A stretch of 64,000 nt of DNA, from assembly GCA_965198225.1 (NCBI GenBank), contig CBDAOY010000009.1, forward strand, positions 1,216,001 to 1,280,000. Direction: 5' to 3'. The stretch is from Terriglobia bacterium (GTDB lineage: Bacteria > Acidobacteriota > Terriglobia > 20CM-2-55-15). Of the stretch, positions 39,315 to 48,904 are shown one piece after another; positions within the stretch are counted from its first letter, which is position 1, and each line of letters starts with the position of its first letter. The position numbers and the translations under genes are program-made. The notes under the pieces are model-generated. The model saw only the letters and a list, made by a program, of their open reading frames with translations. It ran no database searches and was not told the DNA's origin.

Positions 39315-40556
39315 TCAGTCTTCCCCCTGAGCTGCTGCGTGCTGGACCAGCTTCCCGATCGTCAGGCCCTGGACGATGATCGAGAAGGCGACGATGCCGT
39401 ACGTGATCGTCAGGATCGCGTCGCGGGCTTCACCGGAGGGCAGCGACAGGGCCAACGCGACCGATATGCCGCCTCGCAACCCGCCCCAGGTCAGGATCAG
39501 GGTAGCCCGGTTGCTGAACTCCCGAACCAGGCTGAACAACTGGATCGGAAGCCCGACTGCGACGAAACGGGAGAACAGGACGAGCGGTATCGCGACGATG
39601 ATCGCCTGAAGATACTCTGCGCGCAGGCTCACCGCGACCAGTTCCAGGCCGATCAGGACAAAGAGGATCGCATTCAGCATCTCGTCGGCGAGCTCCCAGA
39701 AGGAATCCAGATGTTCCCGTGTGTGGTCCGACATGGCGAACCGGCGGCCATGGTTGCCGACCATCAGGCCCGCGACGACGACGGCGATCGGTCCCGATGC
39801 GTGAACAAAGCTGGCCAAAGCAAAGCCGCCCATTACCAGAGCCAGCGTGATCAGGATTTCCACTTCGTACTGGTCGGTCGAGCGCAGCATGCGGTACGCG
39901 GCATAGCCGATTGCCAGGCCGATCGCCACACCGCCGAGGGTTTCTTCGGCGAAGAGCACGACGACGCCGGTCGCCGAGAACTCACCCGAGACCGCGATGT
40001 CCAGCAACACCAGGAAGACGACGATTCCCACACCGTCGTTGAACAGGGATTCCCCGGTGATCTTGGTTTCCAGCGACTTTGGTGCTTTCGCCAGTTTCAG
40101 GATGCCGCCGACGGCGATCGGGTCGGTGGGCGAAATCAGGGCACCGAACAGCAGGCAATCGATGTATCGGAGCTCCAGACCGAGGAAGCCGAACAGGTAG
40201 TAGGCGAGCGTCCCCACGATGAACGTCGAGCTCACGACTCCGACCGACGCCAGGATGGCCACGATCCAGCGTTGTTCGAACAGGTCGTCGAGGTTGACGT
40301 GGAGCGCTCCCGCGAACAACAGGAAGCTGAGCATGCCCTGCATCAATGCCAGGTTGAAATCGATACTCTCGACGAATGCCCGGGCCTCGCCGGCGATGCT
40401 GACACCGAGACTGTTGAGCGCCACCAGAACGAGCGACATCGCCAGCGCGATGACCATCAAACCGATCTTCGTCGGCAGCCCGAGCAGCCGGTAGTTCAGG
40501 TAGCCGAACACGGCGGACAGGCAAACCAGGACGGTGATCGTGTTGAGAAGATTCAT
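39315..40556 (-). CDS. Na+/H+ antiporter (CPA1, NhaP-like)
   Basis: FGALISPTDPIAV, GESLFNDG, WGGLRGGISVALALSLP. Confidence 0.93.
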   Translation of the reverse strand: MNLLNTITVLVCLSAVFGYLNYRLLGLPTKIGLMVIALAMSLVLVALNSLGVSIAGEARAFVESIDFNLALMQGMLSFLLFAGALHVNLDDLFEQRWIVAILASVGVVSSTFIVGTLAYYLFGFLGLELRYIDCLLFGALISPTDPIAVGGILKLAKAPKSLETKITGESLFNDGVGIVVFLVLLDIAVSGEFSATGVVVLFAEETLGGVAIGLAIGYAAYRMLRSTDQYEVEILITLALVMGGFALASFVHASGPIAVVVAGLMVGNHGRRFAMSDHTREHLDSFWELADEMLNAILFVLIGLELVAVSLRAEYLQAIIVAIPLVLFSRFVAVGLPIQLFSLVREFSNRATLILTWGGLRGGISVALALSLPSGEARDAILTITYGIVAFSIIVQGLTIGKLVQHAAAQGED

Positions 40557-40873
40557 TGCTAACGACTCTTGCGGTCGCGGGGCGTCTGGCGGCCCGAAGG
40601 TAACCGATCGCCGGTACATCGTCAAGATCAGTGCTGGAGAAAGGAGCATCCGATGGCTGCTTTTGGGCTTCGTCCCCGACTACCTCGCCCGACGGGCGGG
40701 ACGATACGCGAAGAGGCGAACCTTTCGCGGTTCGGATACGGCTGGATGCGTCGCCTGTCCCGCGTTCGGCAGGAGGTGATGCCTGCCACGGACTCCTACC
40801 CCTCCGATGGGTGAATGAACCGTGTTATCTTGGCACCATAAGGGTCGGTCACATGCTCGAAGACTCGTCTGGA

Positions 40874-41473
40874 ATGAAGCATATCGTTCGGCAATACGCC
40901 CTGGAGCTGGGCTCCCTCGAGGTCCAGTACATCGAAGAGAACTTTGCGGAGTTCCGCAACAAGAAGAGTGCGGACGAGATCGTCGCGCGTCTGAGCGATC
41001 GCGAGTACCTGATCCTGCTTTCGATGGCACCCGCTCCTGACGACCCGGATCAGCTCATGCCGGTTGCGTTCAAGGTCGGACACGAGCTTCGGGAGTTTGA
41101 GACCCAGGCGAAGCTCGTCGACCTGGTCGGCCAGCTGATCGGGTGCGTGCAGTTTTCGGACCGGAAAATCTTCTACAGCTGGATCGGGGGGACAAGACGC
41201 GGCTGGCGGGGCAAAGGCCATTACCGCGCGCTGACCGAACAGCAGGAAGAATGGGCGCACCAGCATGGTTACCACGAGCTCGTGATCAAGACGAAGAACA
41301 AGTTCTACCCGTTGCGCACGACGCTGGGTCGAATGCACTTCAACATCATCAAGTTTCAGCCCGACCTGGACGACAATCGCGAGTCGAAGCTTTACATGAG
41401 CAAGAAGATTGCCGCCGAAATGCTCAGCGGTCATCGGACGGTTCGGACGATCGAAGAAGAAGACGGCATTTAG
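40874..41473 (+). CDS. GNAT-family N-acetyltransferase-like protein
   Basis: VAFKVG, FYSWIGG...WRGKG (motif A), KTKNKFYP. Confidence 0.75.
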   Translation: MKHIVRQYALELGSLEVQYIEENFAEFRNKKSADEIVARLSDREYLILLSMAPAPDDPDQLMPVAFKVGHELREFETQAKLVDLVGQLIGCVQFSDRKIFYSWIGGTRRGWRGKGHYRALTEQQEEWAHQHGYHELVIKTKNKFYPLRTTLGRMHFNIIKFQPDLDDNRESKLYMSKKIAAEMLSGHRTVRTIEEEDGI

Positions 41474-41507
41474 CCACCGCGGACGTGGCCGAGGTCTGCT
41501 CCACTAC

Positions 41508-42311
41508 ATGAAGACGATTTTCATCGTGTCCGACGGAACTGGAGCCCGGGGACACCATCTGCTGCGGGCCGCGCTGGCGCAATTTCCCGCAGAGACGAGA
41601 GTCGACGTCCAGATCCGTCCGCGCGTGCGTTCTCTCGAACAGGTGCAGCAGGTCGTCGAGGAAGCCTGCGAGTCCGATGGAATACTCGTGCATACCCTGG
41701 CTCCAACCGAGCTTCGCGGGGCCCTGCAGTCGCGCTCGGAGGAGCGGGGTATTCACGCAGTCGATCTTTTCGGTCATCTCCTGACCGATCTGGGACACTT
41801 TCTGGGAACACGCCCCGAAGGCGTATCCGGCGGTGTGCAGAAGCCGAAGGATCGAAAGATGGTGGACGCGTTGACCTTCGCCGTGAAGCACGACGATGGG
41901 CTGGGCATACAGGACATCCGCCGGGCGGATGTTGTACTGGTTGGTGTATCGCGAACTTCGAAAACGCCGCTTTCGGTCTACCTGGCCGTTCGCGGCTACC
42001 GGTCGATGAACGTGCCGATAGTGCCTGACGTCGGTGCGCCGCCCGAACTCTTCACGGCCAAGCAGGGCAGGATCGTCGGGCTCCGGGTCGATCCTGAACG
42101 GCTGCGGCAGTTGAGACTGAAACGCCTGAAGAAGTACGGCCGGCAGGCCACGAAGACCTACACCAGCCTCGAACACATCAGAAGGGAAGTGGCCCTTGCC
42201 GACGACATATTCCGAGACGCGGGGTGGCCGGTCGTCGATGTCACGGACCGCGCGCTGGAGGAGGCGGCCGTCGACGTTGTCCGTTTGACGAGCACGTCGG
42301 ATCTGTCCTGA
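41508..42311 (+). CDS. ppsR: PEP synthase/PPDK regulatory kinase-pyrophosphorylase (DUF299)
   Basis: IVSDGTG, FAVKHDDG, LVGVSRTSKTP.S.YLA, DVT.RALEE. Confidence 0.9.
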   Translation: MKTIFIVSDGTGARGHHLLRAALAQFPAETRVDVQIRPRVRSLEQVQQVVEEACESDGILVHTLAPTELRGALQSRSEERGIHAVDLFGHLLTDLGHFLGTRPEGVSGGVQKPKDRKMVDALTFAVKHDDGLGIQDIRRADVVLVGVSRTSKTPLSVYLAVRGYRSMNVPIVPDVGAPPELFTAKQGRIVGLRVDPERLRQLRLKRLKKYGRQATKTYTSLEHIRREVALADDIFRDAGWPVVDVTDRALEEAAVDVVRLTSTSDLS

Positions 42312-42434
42312 TTCTCCGTCTTCTTGCCCTCCTGCAGACCGCGGCGCAGGCGTTGACGGACCGGAATACTCAAACACGCTCCCCTAACTGACCACTGACC
42401 CCGCGTCCAGCCAGATGACCTACAAACGATTGCT

Positions 42435-42450
42435 TTTACATCGTTTAACA
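42435..42450 (+). promoter_or_regulatory. Putative OmpR/CpxR-type tandem box upstream of the spy-like gene
   Basis: TTTACA-tcgt-TTAACA direct repeat at 10-bp period. Confidence 0.4.
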
Positions 42451-42553
42451 CGCCCCACACCCGACTTTCCTGTCTAATCTCTAGAGCGGCCGGATATCGC
42501 CTGACGCGAAGCGGACCCTCAGAAGAGAACTCAAACACAAGGAGATTGACAAC

Positions 42554-43093
42554 ATGAAATACAGGAGCCTTTTGGTTGCGTTGATGTTCGCGGCTCTGGC
42601 GGTGCCGGCGGTGGCTCAGGAAGCTCCACGCGGAAGACGCGGCCCCGGCGGCTTCCAGGGTAGAGCGGAAGCGGGGGAGGGAGTGCGGCAGAGAGGCGGA
42701 AACCGATTGGAAAGACTCCAGGAAACCCTGGGGTTGACCGAAGCGCAAATCGTCGCGATCGAAGCCCTGCAGGCGGCTCACACTGAGATCCTCCAGGGAC
42801 TGAACGCCTCCCAGCGGGAAGCACGCCAGAACGTTCAGGGCCTCGTCGAACAAGGCGCCAGCGCAACCGACATCGGTAACGCCGTGCTCGCTGCGCACGC
42901 CATCCAGGGGCAGGTCAAGGCTGCAAACGAACAATTCCGTGCGGACTTCAACAACGTCCTGACGCTTGCCCAGCAGGAGCAGCTCGCCGAGATTCGGGAA
43001 GCCGCCGGCCAGGCCCGCGGTTTGGAGGGATTCCCCGGACGAAGAGGAAGGGGGGGACAGAGAGGAGGCCGCCGTCCTGCTCCTGAAGGATAG
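42554..43093 (+). CDS. Spy/CpxP-family periplasmic protein (LTXXQ)
   Basis: Signal peptide; LGLTEAQ and VLTLAQ motifs; Gly/Arg-rich termini. Confidence 0.85.
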   Translation: MKYRSLLVALMFAALAVPAVAQEAPRGRRGPGGFQGRAEAGEGVRQRGGNRLERLQETLGLTEAQIVAIEALQAAHTEILQGLNASQREARQNVQGLVEQGASATDIGNAVLAAHAIQGQVKAANEQFRADFNNVLTLAQQEQLAEIREAAGQARGLEGFPGRRGRGGQRGGRRPAPEG

Positions 43094-43116
43094 AGACTGA
43101 CGTTGTTCTTCCTGAC

Positions 43117-43150
43117 AAAAAAGGCGAGGCAAAATGCCTCGCCTTTTATT
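43117..43150. terminator. Bidirectional rho-independent terminator
   Basis: aaaaaaggcgaggc-aaaat-gcctcgccttttatt. Confidence 0.85.
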
Positions 43151-43182
43151 CGGTTTACTTCCTCTCGCCCTGCCGAACACTA

Positions 43183-43249
43183 CTGCTTAGTAAACACCCG
43201 CTGCTTAGTAAACACCCGGGGACAGGGTCAGGCCCCTGTCCCCCTCACA
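43183..43249. repeat. 18-bp tandem duplication followed by a family-2 REP
   Basis: ctgcttagtaaacacccg x2, then ggggacagggtcaggcccctgtccccctcaca (matches the 20459-20494 unit). Confidence 0.75.
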
Positions 43250-43304
43250 TGGGCTCACTCACGGTTCATTGAGCTAGAACTACCACCGGCGGCCTACGTC
43301 CCAT

Positions 43305-44015
43305 TCACCCGTCAAACCGGTACCCTTGCCCGTGCACGGTCACGATGTAGCGAGGCTTCTTTGAATCTTCCTCGATCTTCTGCCGCAGCCAGACGATATG
43401 TACGTCGACGGTCCGCGTGGTCGGCACCGCCTTATAGCCCCAGACGTCTTTCAGGAGGGTGTCGCGAGATATTACTTTGCGACGATTCTCCACGAAGTAC
43501 TGCAACAACCTCGATTCCTGATCGGACAGCTCGATCGTCTCATCCCCGCGGCTGATCCGACCCCGGGCGAAGTCCACGCGCAGGTTGCCGAATTCGTAGG
43601 TCCGTAAATCTTCGTCCATCGCCCGCGATGTGCGCCTTATCAGGGCGTCGATGCGCAACTGCAGTTCTTCGGTGTCGAAGGGCTTGGCCAGATAGTCGTC
43701 CGCACCCGTCTTGAACCCGACAACCTTGTCCCTGACTTCGCCTCTTGCCGTGAGCATCAGGACGGGGGTGTCCACACCACGACGGCGGAGGTTCCTGCAG
43801 ACCTCGTATCCATCCATTGAAGGCAGCATCACATCCAGCAGGATCAGATCGAAGCATTCCTGTGTGGCGGCTTCGAGCCCTTCGGCTCCATCCTCGCATT
43901 TCTCCACGACGTAGCCCTGGCTCTCGAGCATGTCGCCGAGCGTTCGCGCGAGCGCCGTTTCGTCCTCGATCAGCAGCACTCGGCGTGTCGCTTCGCTCAC
44001 TCCAGGTTCAAACAC
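43305..44015 (-). CDS. OmpR-family response regulator
   Basis: LLIEDE, LDVMLP, LTAR, GADDYLAKPF, TRTVDVHI..LRQKIE, GYRF; start uncertain (44015 or 44000). Confidence 0.95.
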   Translation of the reverse strand: MFEPGVSEATRRVLLIEDETALARTLGDMLESQGYVVEKCEDGAEGLEAATQECFDLILLDVMLPSMDGYEVCRNLRRRGVDTPVLMLTARGEVRDKVVGFKTGADDYLAKPFDTEELQLRIDALIRRTSRAMDEDLRTYEFGNLRVDFARGRISRGDETIELSDQESRLLQYFVENRRKVISRDTLLKDVWGYKAVPTTRTVDVHIVWLRQKIEEDSKKPRYIVTVHGQGYRFDG

Positions 44016-45849
44016 CAACTCTTTCAATGTTCTGCTCCTTGTCGACGGTTGAGACAGTCGGCGGAGCGAGTGGTATATGCAGCGTGAAGTCACTGCCTTC
44101 TCCCGCCTCGCTCTTTAGAGTGACCCGTCCGTTCTGCGCTTCGATAATCCGCTTGACGAGATTGAGTCCCAGCCCGTTTCCCTTGGCATTGCCGATTCCA
44201 TGTCCCCGGTAGAAGGGCTGGAAGAGATGTGGGAGATCCGACGGATCGATGCCGGGGCCGCGATCGCCGACACTGATCATGGCCCGTCCGGATTCGGGAT
44301 CGGCGAAAGCCTGGATGGTTATCTGGGGCGGGCCGTCTGACCTGCCGTACTTAATCGCGTTGCTGACGAGGTTCTGAATGCCGTGCGCCAACCCCGTCCG
44401 ATCGGCCAGGACCGGTCCAAGATCCGGGTCGATGATCGTTCGAACGATGGACCCCGACTCTTCGATCGAAGAAGCCAGGGTCCCCAGAACGCGATCGACA
44501 GTTACGCGGACGCTGACCGGTTCGAGTCTGTAACCGCGCCGTCCGGATTCGATCTGAGCGAAGAGGATGATCTGGTCCACCATCTCGGAAAGGCGGCGGC
44601 CTTCTTCCTGTACCATGACGGCGTATTCCCGCACCTCCTCGGGCTTTCTGACCACCCCGGTCGCGATATTGTAGGCCGCAGAGCGGACGACGGCCAACGG
44701 CGTACGGAGTTCATGAGACACACCCGCGGCGAACTCCATCTGCAGCCGCCCGAGTGAGCGAACGCGTTCCGACCATATGACGATCAGTCCGCCCGACAGT
44801 CCCAGCAGGAGGAGAATTCCAAAGCTGATCGCCAGGTTCCGGTTCCGAAGCTCGGCTACCGCTCCCTCCAGAGAGCCTGCCCGGTGCTTGACCACGAATT
44901 CCCATTCGCCTCCCATCAACATGCCCGCTGCCAGGACCCTGGGGTCTCCTCTTCTGCCGAAGGGGTTTCCCCCGCGTCTGCGCCGCGCGCCCCCTGGAGA
45001 TGGGAATCGTGAATCCGCAGATGCCTCGGGCCTCGGGTCGCCGGACCGGAAAACATCGAAACGAAGGTCGGGCTCGAGAAAGTCTGCGGGCGACAGGCCT
45101 ACTTGTGACACATAGACAGGTTCTCGATCCGGACCGAAAACACCGACTTCGTAATCCTGTGGATCGAAATGAGCCTGGACCATTTCGGGAAGAAGTACCG
45201 CGGAGATGAATTCTTCGTCCAGTTCGACGATCGCGACCCCGCCAACGAAGGGCGGATCCGGGCCAGGGCGTCGAGGGCCACCCCTCCCGCCCCGTCTCAG
45301 AGCCTCGGGGCCGACGAGGCGTATCACCATCCGGAGGTCACCATCCGTTTCAGCGGAGTAGTATTCGTCCGGTTCCGGGCGTCCCCCGCGACCGAACCGC
45401 CGCCAATCTGTCGATTCCCCCGGTAGCTCTGCTTCCGCGAGCTTCCCGGTTTCTGGCTCGAACATCAATGGCGGCAACTCGCCCTCGGACGTCACCGGAA
45501 CCACGTAGATGCGCTCGATCAGTTCCGGGTAGGGAGCGGTGGCTTTCCAGTCGTCATAAAGACGAGTCACCTGAGACTCGAACAGATCCAAATCGGACCA
45601 TTCGCCGAGACGGAAGGTGAAGGACACCCGTGCCAGTTCGTTCTGGATATCTTCGGTAAGCCGTCGCCCGGCCCCGTCCAGGTTCTGCTGCAGTCGCTGT
45701 CGCTCCGCCGTACTGACCTGGCCGATCCATCGGTATTGGAGCAACGCCAGCAGCGGCAGGAGGATGATCAGGACCCCCAGCAAGGCGAGCGATACCCAGG
45801 GCTTTCCGCGGGGGGTCGAAAGAAGATTGGTTTTTGACTCGAGAGCCAT
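44008..45849 (-). CDS. Membrane sensor histidine kinase
   Basis: Two TM helices; VSHELRTP H-box, NLVSNAIKY, DRGPGI, GLGL. Confidence 0.95.
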   Translation of the reverse strand: MALESKTNLLSTPRGKPWVSLALLGVLIILLPLLALLQYRWIGQVSTAERQRLQQNLDGAGRRLTEDIQNELARVSFTFRLGEWSDLDLFESQVTRLYDDWKATAPYPELIERIYVVPVTSEGELPPLMFEPETGKLAEAELPGESTDWRRFGRGGRPEPDEYYSAETDGDLRMVIRLVGPEALRRGGRGGPRRPGPDPPFVGGVAIVELDEEFISAVLLPEMVQAHFDPQDYEVGVFGPDREPVYVSQVGLSPADFLEPDLRFDVFRSGDPRPEASADSRFPSPGGARRRRGGNPFGRRGDPRVLAAGMLMGGEWEFVVKHRAGSLEGAVAELRNRNLAISFGILLLLGLSGGLIVIWSERVRSLGRLQMEFAAGVSHELRTPLAVVRSAAYNIATGVVRKPEEVREYAVMVQEEGRRLSEMVDQIILFAQIESGRRGYRLEPVSVRVTVDRVLGTLASSIEESGSIVRTIIDPDLGPVLADRTGLAHGIQNLVSNAIKYGRSDGPPQITIQAFADPESGRAMISVGDRGPGIDPSDLPHLFQPFYRGHGIGNAKGNGLGLNLVKRIIEAQNGRVTLKSEAGEGSDFTLHIPLAPPTVSTVDKEQNIERVGV

Positions 45850-45973
45850 CCTTAAAGATGGATAGACAACCCCGAGGCGCGCCGGTTTAGTTAAAACTTC
45901 TTAACAATCCCGGACCTTGTTGACTCGTAAGTATTTAGAAGGCTCTGGAAGTTTTCGGCGATAATGGCCAACC

Positions 45974-46930
45974 ATGATCGACCTCGCTGAAATCCGCCGG
46001 GCAGCCGAACGCATATCGGGCAGGATCCATCGCACCCTGACGCTTTCCAGCCGGACGCTGGGCGAACGGGTGGGGGTTGAATTGTTCCTCAAGTGCGAGT
46101 GCCTCCAGAAGACGGGTTCCTTCAAACCGCGTGGAGCGCTCAACAAAGTTCTTTCCCTTTCGAACCAAGAACGCGACAGCGGCCTGATCACGGTTTCGGC
46201 CGGCAACCACGCCCAGGCCGTCGCATGGGCCGCCAGGCAGGTTGGCGCGCCGTGTGCCGTCGTCATGCCCTCCGATGCTCCTAAATCCAAAGTCGATGCC
46301 GTGAACGGTTACGGCGGGGAAGTCATATTCCATGACGACAGGGCGACGCTGTTCGACAAGCTGAACGAAGAGAAGGACAGACGCGGCTCAACGTTCGTGC
46401 ATCCGTTCGATGACCCTGTCTTGCTGGCCGGCGCGGGCACCGCTGGGCTGGAGATCGTCGAAGACTGCCCCGACGTCGACGTCGTCATCGTTCCCGTCGG
46501 GGGCGGTGGACTGATGGGCGGAGTAACTTCAGCCGTCAAGCAGATGAAACCTGCGGCGAAAGTCATTGCAGTCGAACTCGAAGCCGGCCCGGGCCTGAAG
46601 CCCGCGATCGAAGCCGGCAAACCCATCCACGTCGATCGACCCTATGGGACGCTGGCCGACGGAATGACCCCGCCTTTCGTCGGCCAACTGCCGATGGAGA
46701 TCGCGCGCGACAACGTAGACCAGATTGTTGCCATCACCGAAGAAGAGATCATCGAGGCGATGAAGCTGCTGATTACCCGCTCGAAGCTCTACGTCGAAGG
46801 GTCGGGTGCCGCGGCGACGGCCGCTTTGCTGTTTGGGAAGGCAAAGGTCCCCGCAGGCTCCCGAGTCGTCGCGATGGTATCCGGCGGAAACGTCGACCTG
46901 GACAAGCTCGTTTCCGTCTTCGGTTCTTGA
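45974..46930 (+). CDS. PLP-dependent threonine/serine dehydratase (serine racemase-like)
   Basis: LQKTGSFKPRG, SAGNHAQ, PVGGGGL, EGSGA, SGGN. Confidence 0.92.
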   Translation: MIDLAEIRRAAERISGRIHRTLTLSSRTLGERVGVELFLKCECLQKTGSFKPRGALNKVLSLSNQERDSGLITVSAGNHAQAVAWAARQVGAPCAVVMPSDAPKSKVDAVNGYGGEVIFHDDRATLFDKLNEEKDRRGSTFVHPFDDPVLLAGAGTAGLEIVEDCPDVDVVIVPVGGGGLMGGVTSAVKQMKPAAKVIAVELEAGPGLKPAIEAGKPIHVDRPYGTLADGMTPPFVGQLPMEIARDNVDQIVAITEEEIIEAMKLLITRSKLYVEGSGAAATAALLFGKAKVPAGSRVVAMVSGGNVDLDKLVSVFGS

Positions 46931-46934
46931 AGAT

Positions 46935-47032
46935 GTGCGGTCATAGACCGCACCTACACGGATGTGATAAGACCCCCTTAACTTAATCGTTTCATTAACA
47001 AAAAACGGTGTAGGTGCGGTCTATGACCGCAC
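46935..47032. repeat. REP doublet (family 1, outward-facing)
   Basis: 46935-46959 (-) and 47008-47032 (+). Confidence 0.9.
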
Positions 47033-47050
47033 AGCTTTGGGCGCCAACGC

Positions 47051-47200
47051 ATGCTCGGGGAAACCATTTCCACTACAAGGTTCTCGAACAGATCGGGAGT
47101 GGCGGTATGGGAAAGAAGTTGTACGGTTGATAAGCAGCGATAGACGGCACGTCCACCGAACCCACTTGCGTCGCACCGACAGCCTCGATAGACTTTTTCT
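47051..47200 (+). pseudogene. Degraded N-terminal fragment of a Ser/Thr protein kinase
   Basis: MLGETIS / HYKVLEQIGSGGMG / EV.R ... THLRRT...FL across frameshifts. Confidence 0.65.
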
Positions 47201-47222
47201 TTCGTTCTCGAGAGGAGATCTG

Positions 47223-48119
47223 TTGAAGAATTCCCGCGGCTGCCTGTTCGCGATCCTGCTGACCATGTTGACAACCGCAGGTTGTGGCTCAGGTGGAGAC
47301 ACCGCGGACGTTGATCCCACCCCGACTGCACCCGCAGGGACTCCGGAAGGCCCGCTGCTTGTTGCGGCCGACGTCGGGTTCGCGCCCCATGCGATGGCAA
47401 GGCCGGACGGGACTGCCGAAGGCTTCAACATCGATCTCGCCGACGAGATCGCCCGCCGACTGGGACGCCCGGGTTACGAAATCGTCGACCAGGAATGGTC
47501 GGGGATGTTTGCCGGGCTCAACGCCAACCGATTCGAGTTCATCATCGCGCCGACGACGATGACGTATGAACGTTCCGAGGAGGTCCTCTTCGTCGAGGGC
47601 TACCTCGACACCGACTACACGTTCCTGATCAAGGAGGACGCGCCGGAGATCGAGACCTTGGAAGATATCCGGGGTCAGGCGATCGCCGTCAACAACGGTT
47701 CGGCCTACGACCTGTGGGCGACCGATAACCAGGAAGAATACGATCTGACCGTCCAGCGTTACGGCAAGAATGCCGATGCCGTCCAGGCCGTCGTGACCGG
47801 GCGTGCTTTTGCGAACCTCGCGGGTGAGACCGTCGTCAAGTGGGCCGCGAAGCAGAGCCCACTGGTCAGGACCACCTACACGATCAAGAGCGGCAGCAAG
47901 TTCTCCGCCGCCTTCCGCCAGCAAGACGTCGAATACCGCAACCGGGTCGAAGGGATCATGGAGTGCATGAAGATCGACGGCACGATGGCGCGCCTCCACG
48001 AGGAGTGGTTCGGTGACGCACCGATCGAAGGAGCCGCGGCGATCACACCTCTGGAAGGCTACGGCGAACCCGAGATGAAAGGCTACGATCCCACCCCGCA
48101 CCCCTCCGCCTGCAACTGA
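47223..48119 (+). CDS. Polar amino acid ABC transporter substrate-binding lipoprotein
   Basis: AGGAG-TTG start; lipobox-like TAGC; GF.IDLA.EIA, W.G....L, ER...V.F. Confidence 0.88.
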   Translation: MKNSRGCLFAILLTMLTTAGCGSGGDTADVDPTPTAPAGTPEGPLLVAADVGFAPHAMARPDGTAEGFNIDLADEIARRLGRPGYEIVDQEWSGMFAGLNANRFEFIIAPTTMTYERSEEVLFVEGYLDTDYTFLIKEDAPEIETLEDIRGQAIAVNNGSAYDLWATDNQEEYDLTVQRYGKNADAVQAVVTGRAFANLAGETVVKWAAKQSPLVRTTYTIKSGSKFSAAFRQQDVEYRNRVEGIMECMKIDGTMARLHEEWFGDAPIEGAAAITPLEGYGEPEMKGYDPTPHPSACN

Positions 48120-48157
48120 GCCGTTTAACCACTACCGCGGGCTGCTAAACTCTCCCA

Positions 48158-48898
48158 ATGCCCGACGTCATCCTGAAGATCGCCGGACTCCGCAAGTCCT
48201 TCGGCGATACCGAAGTGCTCAAGGGCATCGACCTGGAGGTTGCTCGCGAAGAGCTGGTCTTCATCATCGGCCCCTCCGGTTCCGGCAAGAGTACCCTGCT
48301 GCGCTGTTGCAATCGTCTGGAAGAGCCGTCCGGCGGTTCGATTACATTCGACGGATCCGACATCACGGGCCCTGCAGTCGACATCAACGAAATGCGACAG
48401 CACATCGGGATGGTCTTCCAGTCCTTCAACCTGTATCCCCACCTGCCGGCGCTGGCGAATGTGACGCTGGCGTTGCAGAAGGCCGTCGGGCAGGGGAGGG
48501 AGGAAGCGGAGGAGCGGGGAAGGGCTGCGCTCGAACGGGTCGGGCTGGCGGAGAAGGCAGACGCCTATCCGGGCCAGCTTTCCGGAGGCCAGCAGCAGCG
48601 CGTCGCAATCGCCCGTGCCCTGGCCCTCGAGCCGCGAATCCTGTTGATGGATGAGCCGACGAGCGCGCTCGACCCGGAACTGGTGGGGAGCGTCCTCGAT
48701 GTGATCCGGGAACTCCGTGCCTCGGGCATGACGATGCTCGTCGTGAGCCACGAGATGGGGTTCGCGCGCGAAGCTGCCGACCGTGTCGTCTTCATCAACG
48801 ACGGCGAGATCCTGGAGCAGGGAAAACCGGCCGCCATTTTCTCGTCGCCGGCGCACGAACGGACCAGAGAGTTTCTGAAACGGGTTCTTTCGGCCTGA
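48158..48898 (+). CDS. Polar amino acid ABC transporter ATPase (GlnQ-like)
   Basis: GPSGSGKST, LSGGQQQRVAIARAL, DEPTSALDPE, SHEM. Confidence 0.96.
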   Translation: MPDVILKIAGLRKSFGDTEVLKGIDLEVAREELVFIIGPSGSGKSTLLRCCNRLEEPSGGSITFDGSDITGPAVDINEMRQHIGMVFQSFNLYPHLPALANVTLALQKAVGQGREEAEERGRAALERVGLAEKADAYPGQLSGGQQQRVAIARALALEPRILLMDEPTSALDPELVGSVLDVIRELRASGMTMLVVSHEMGFAREAADRVVFINDGEILEQGKPAAIFSSPAHERTREFLKRVLSA

Positions 48899-48904
48899 AC
48901 ACAG

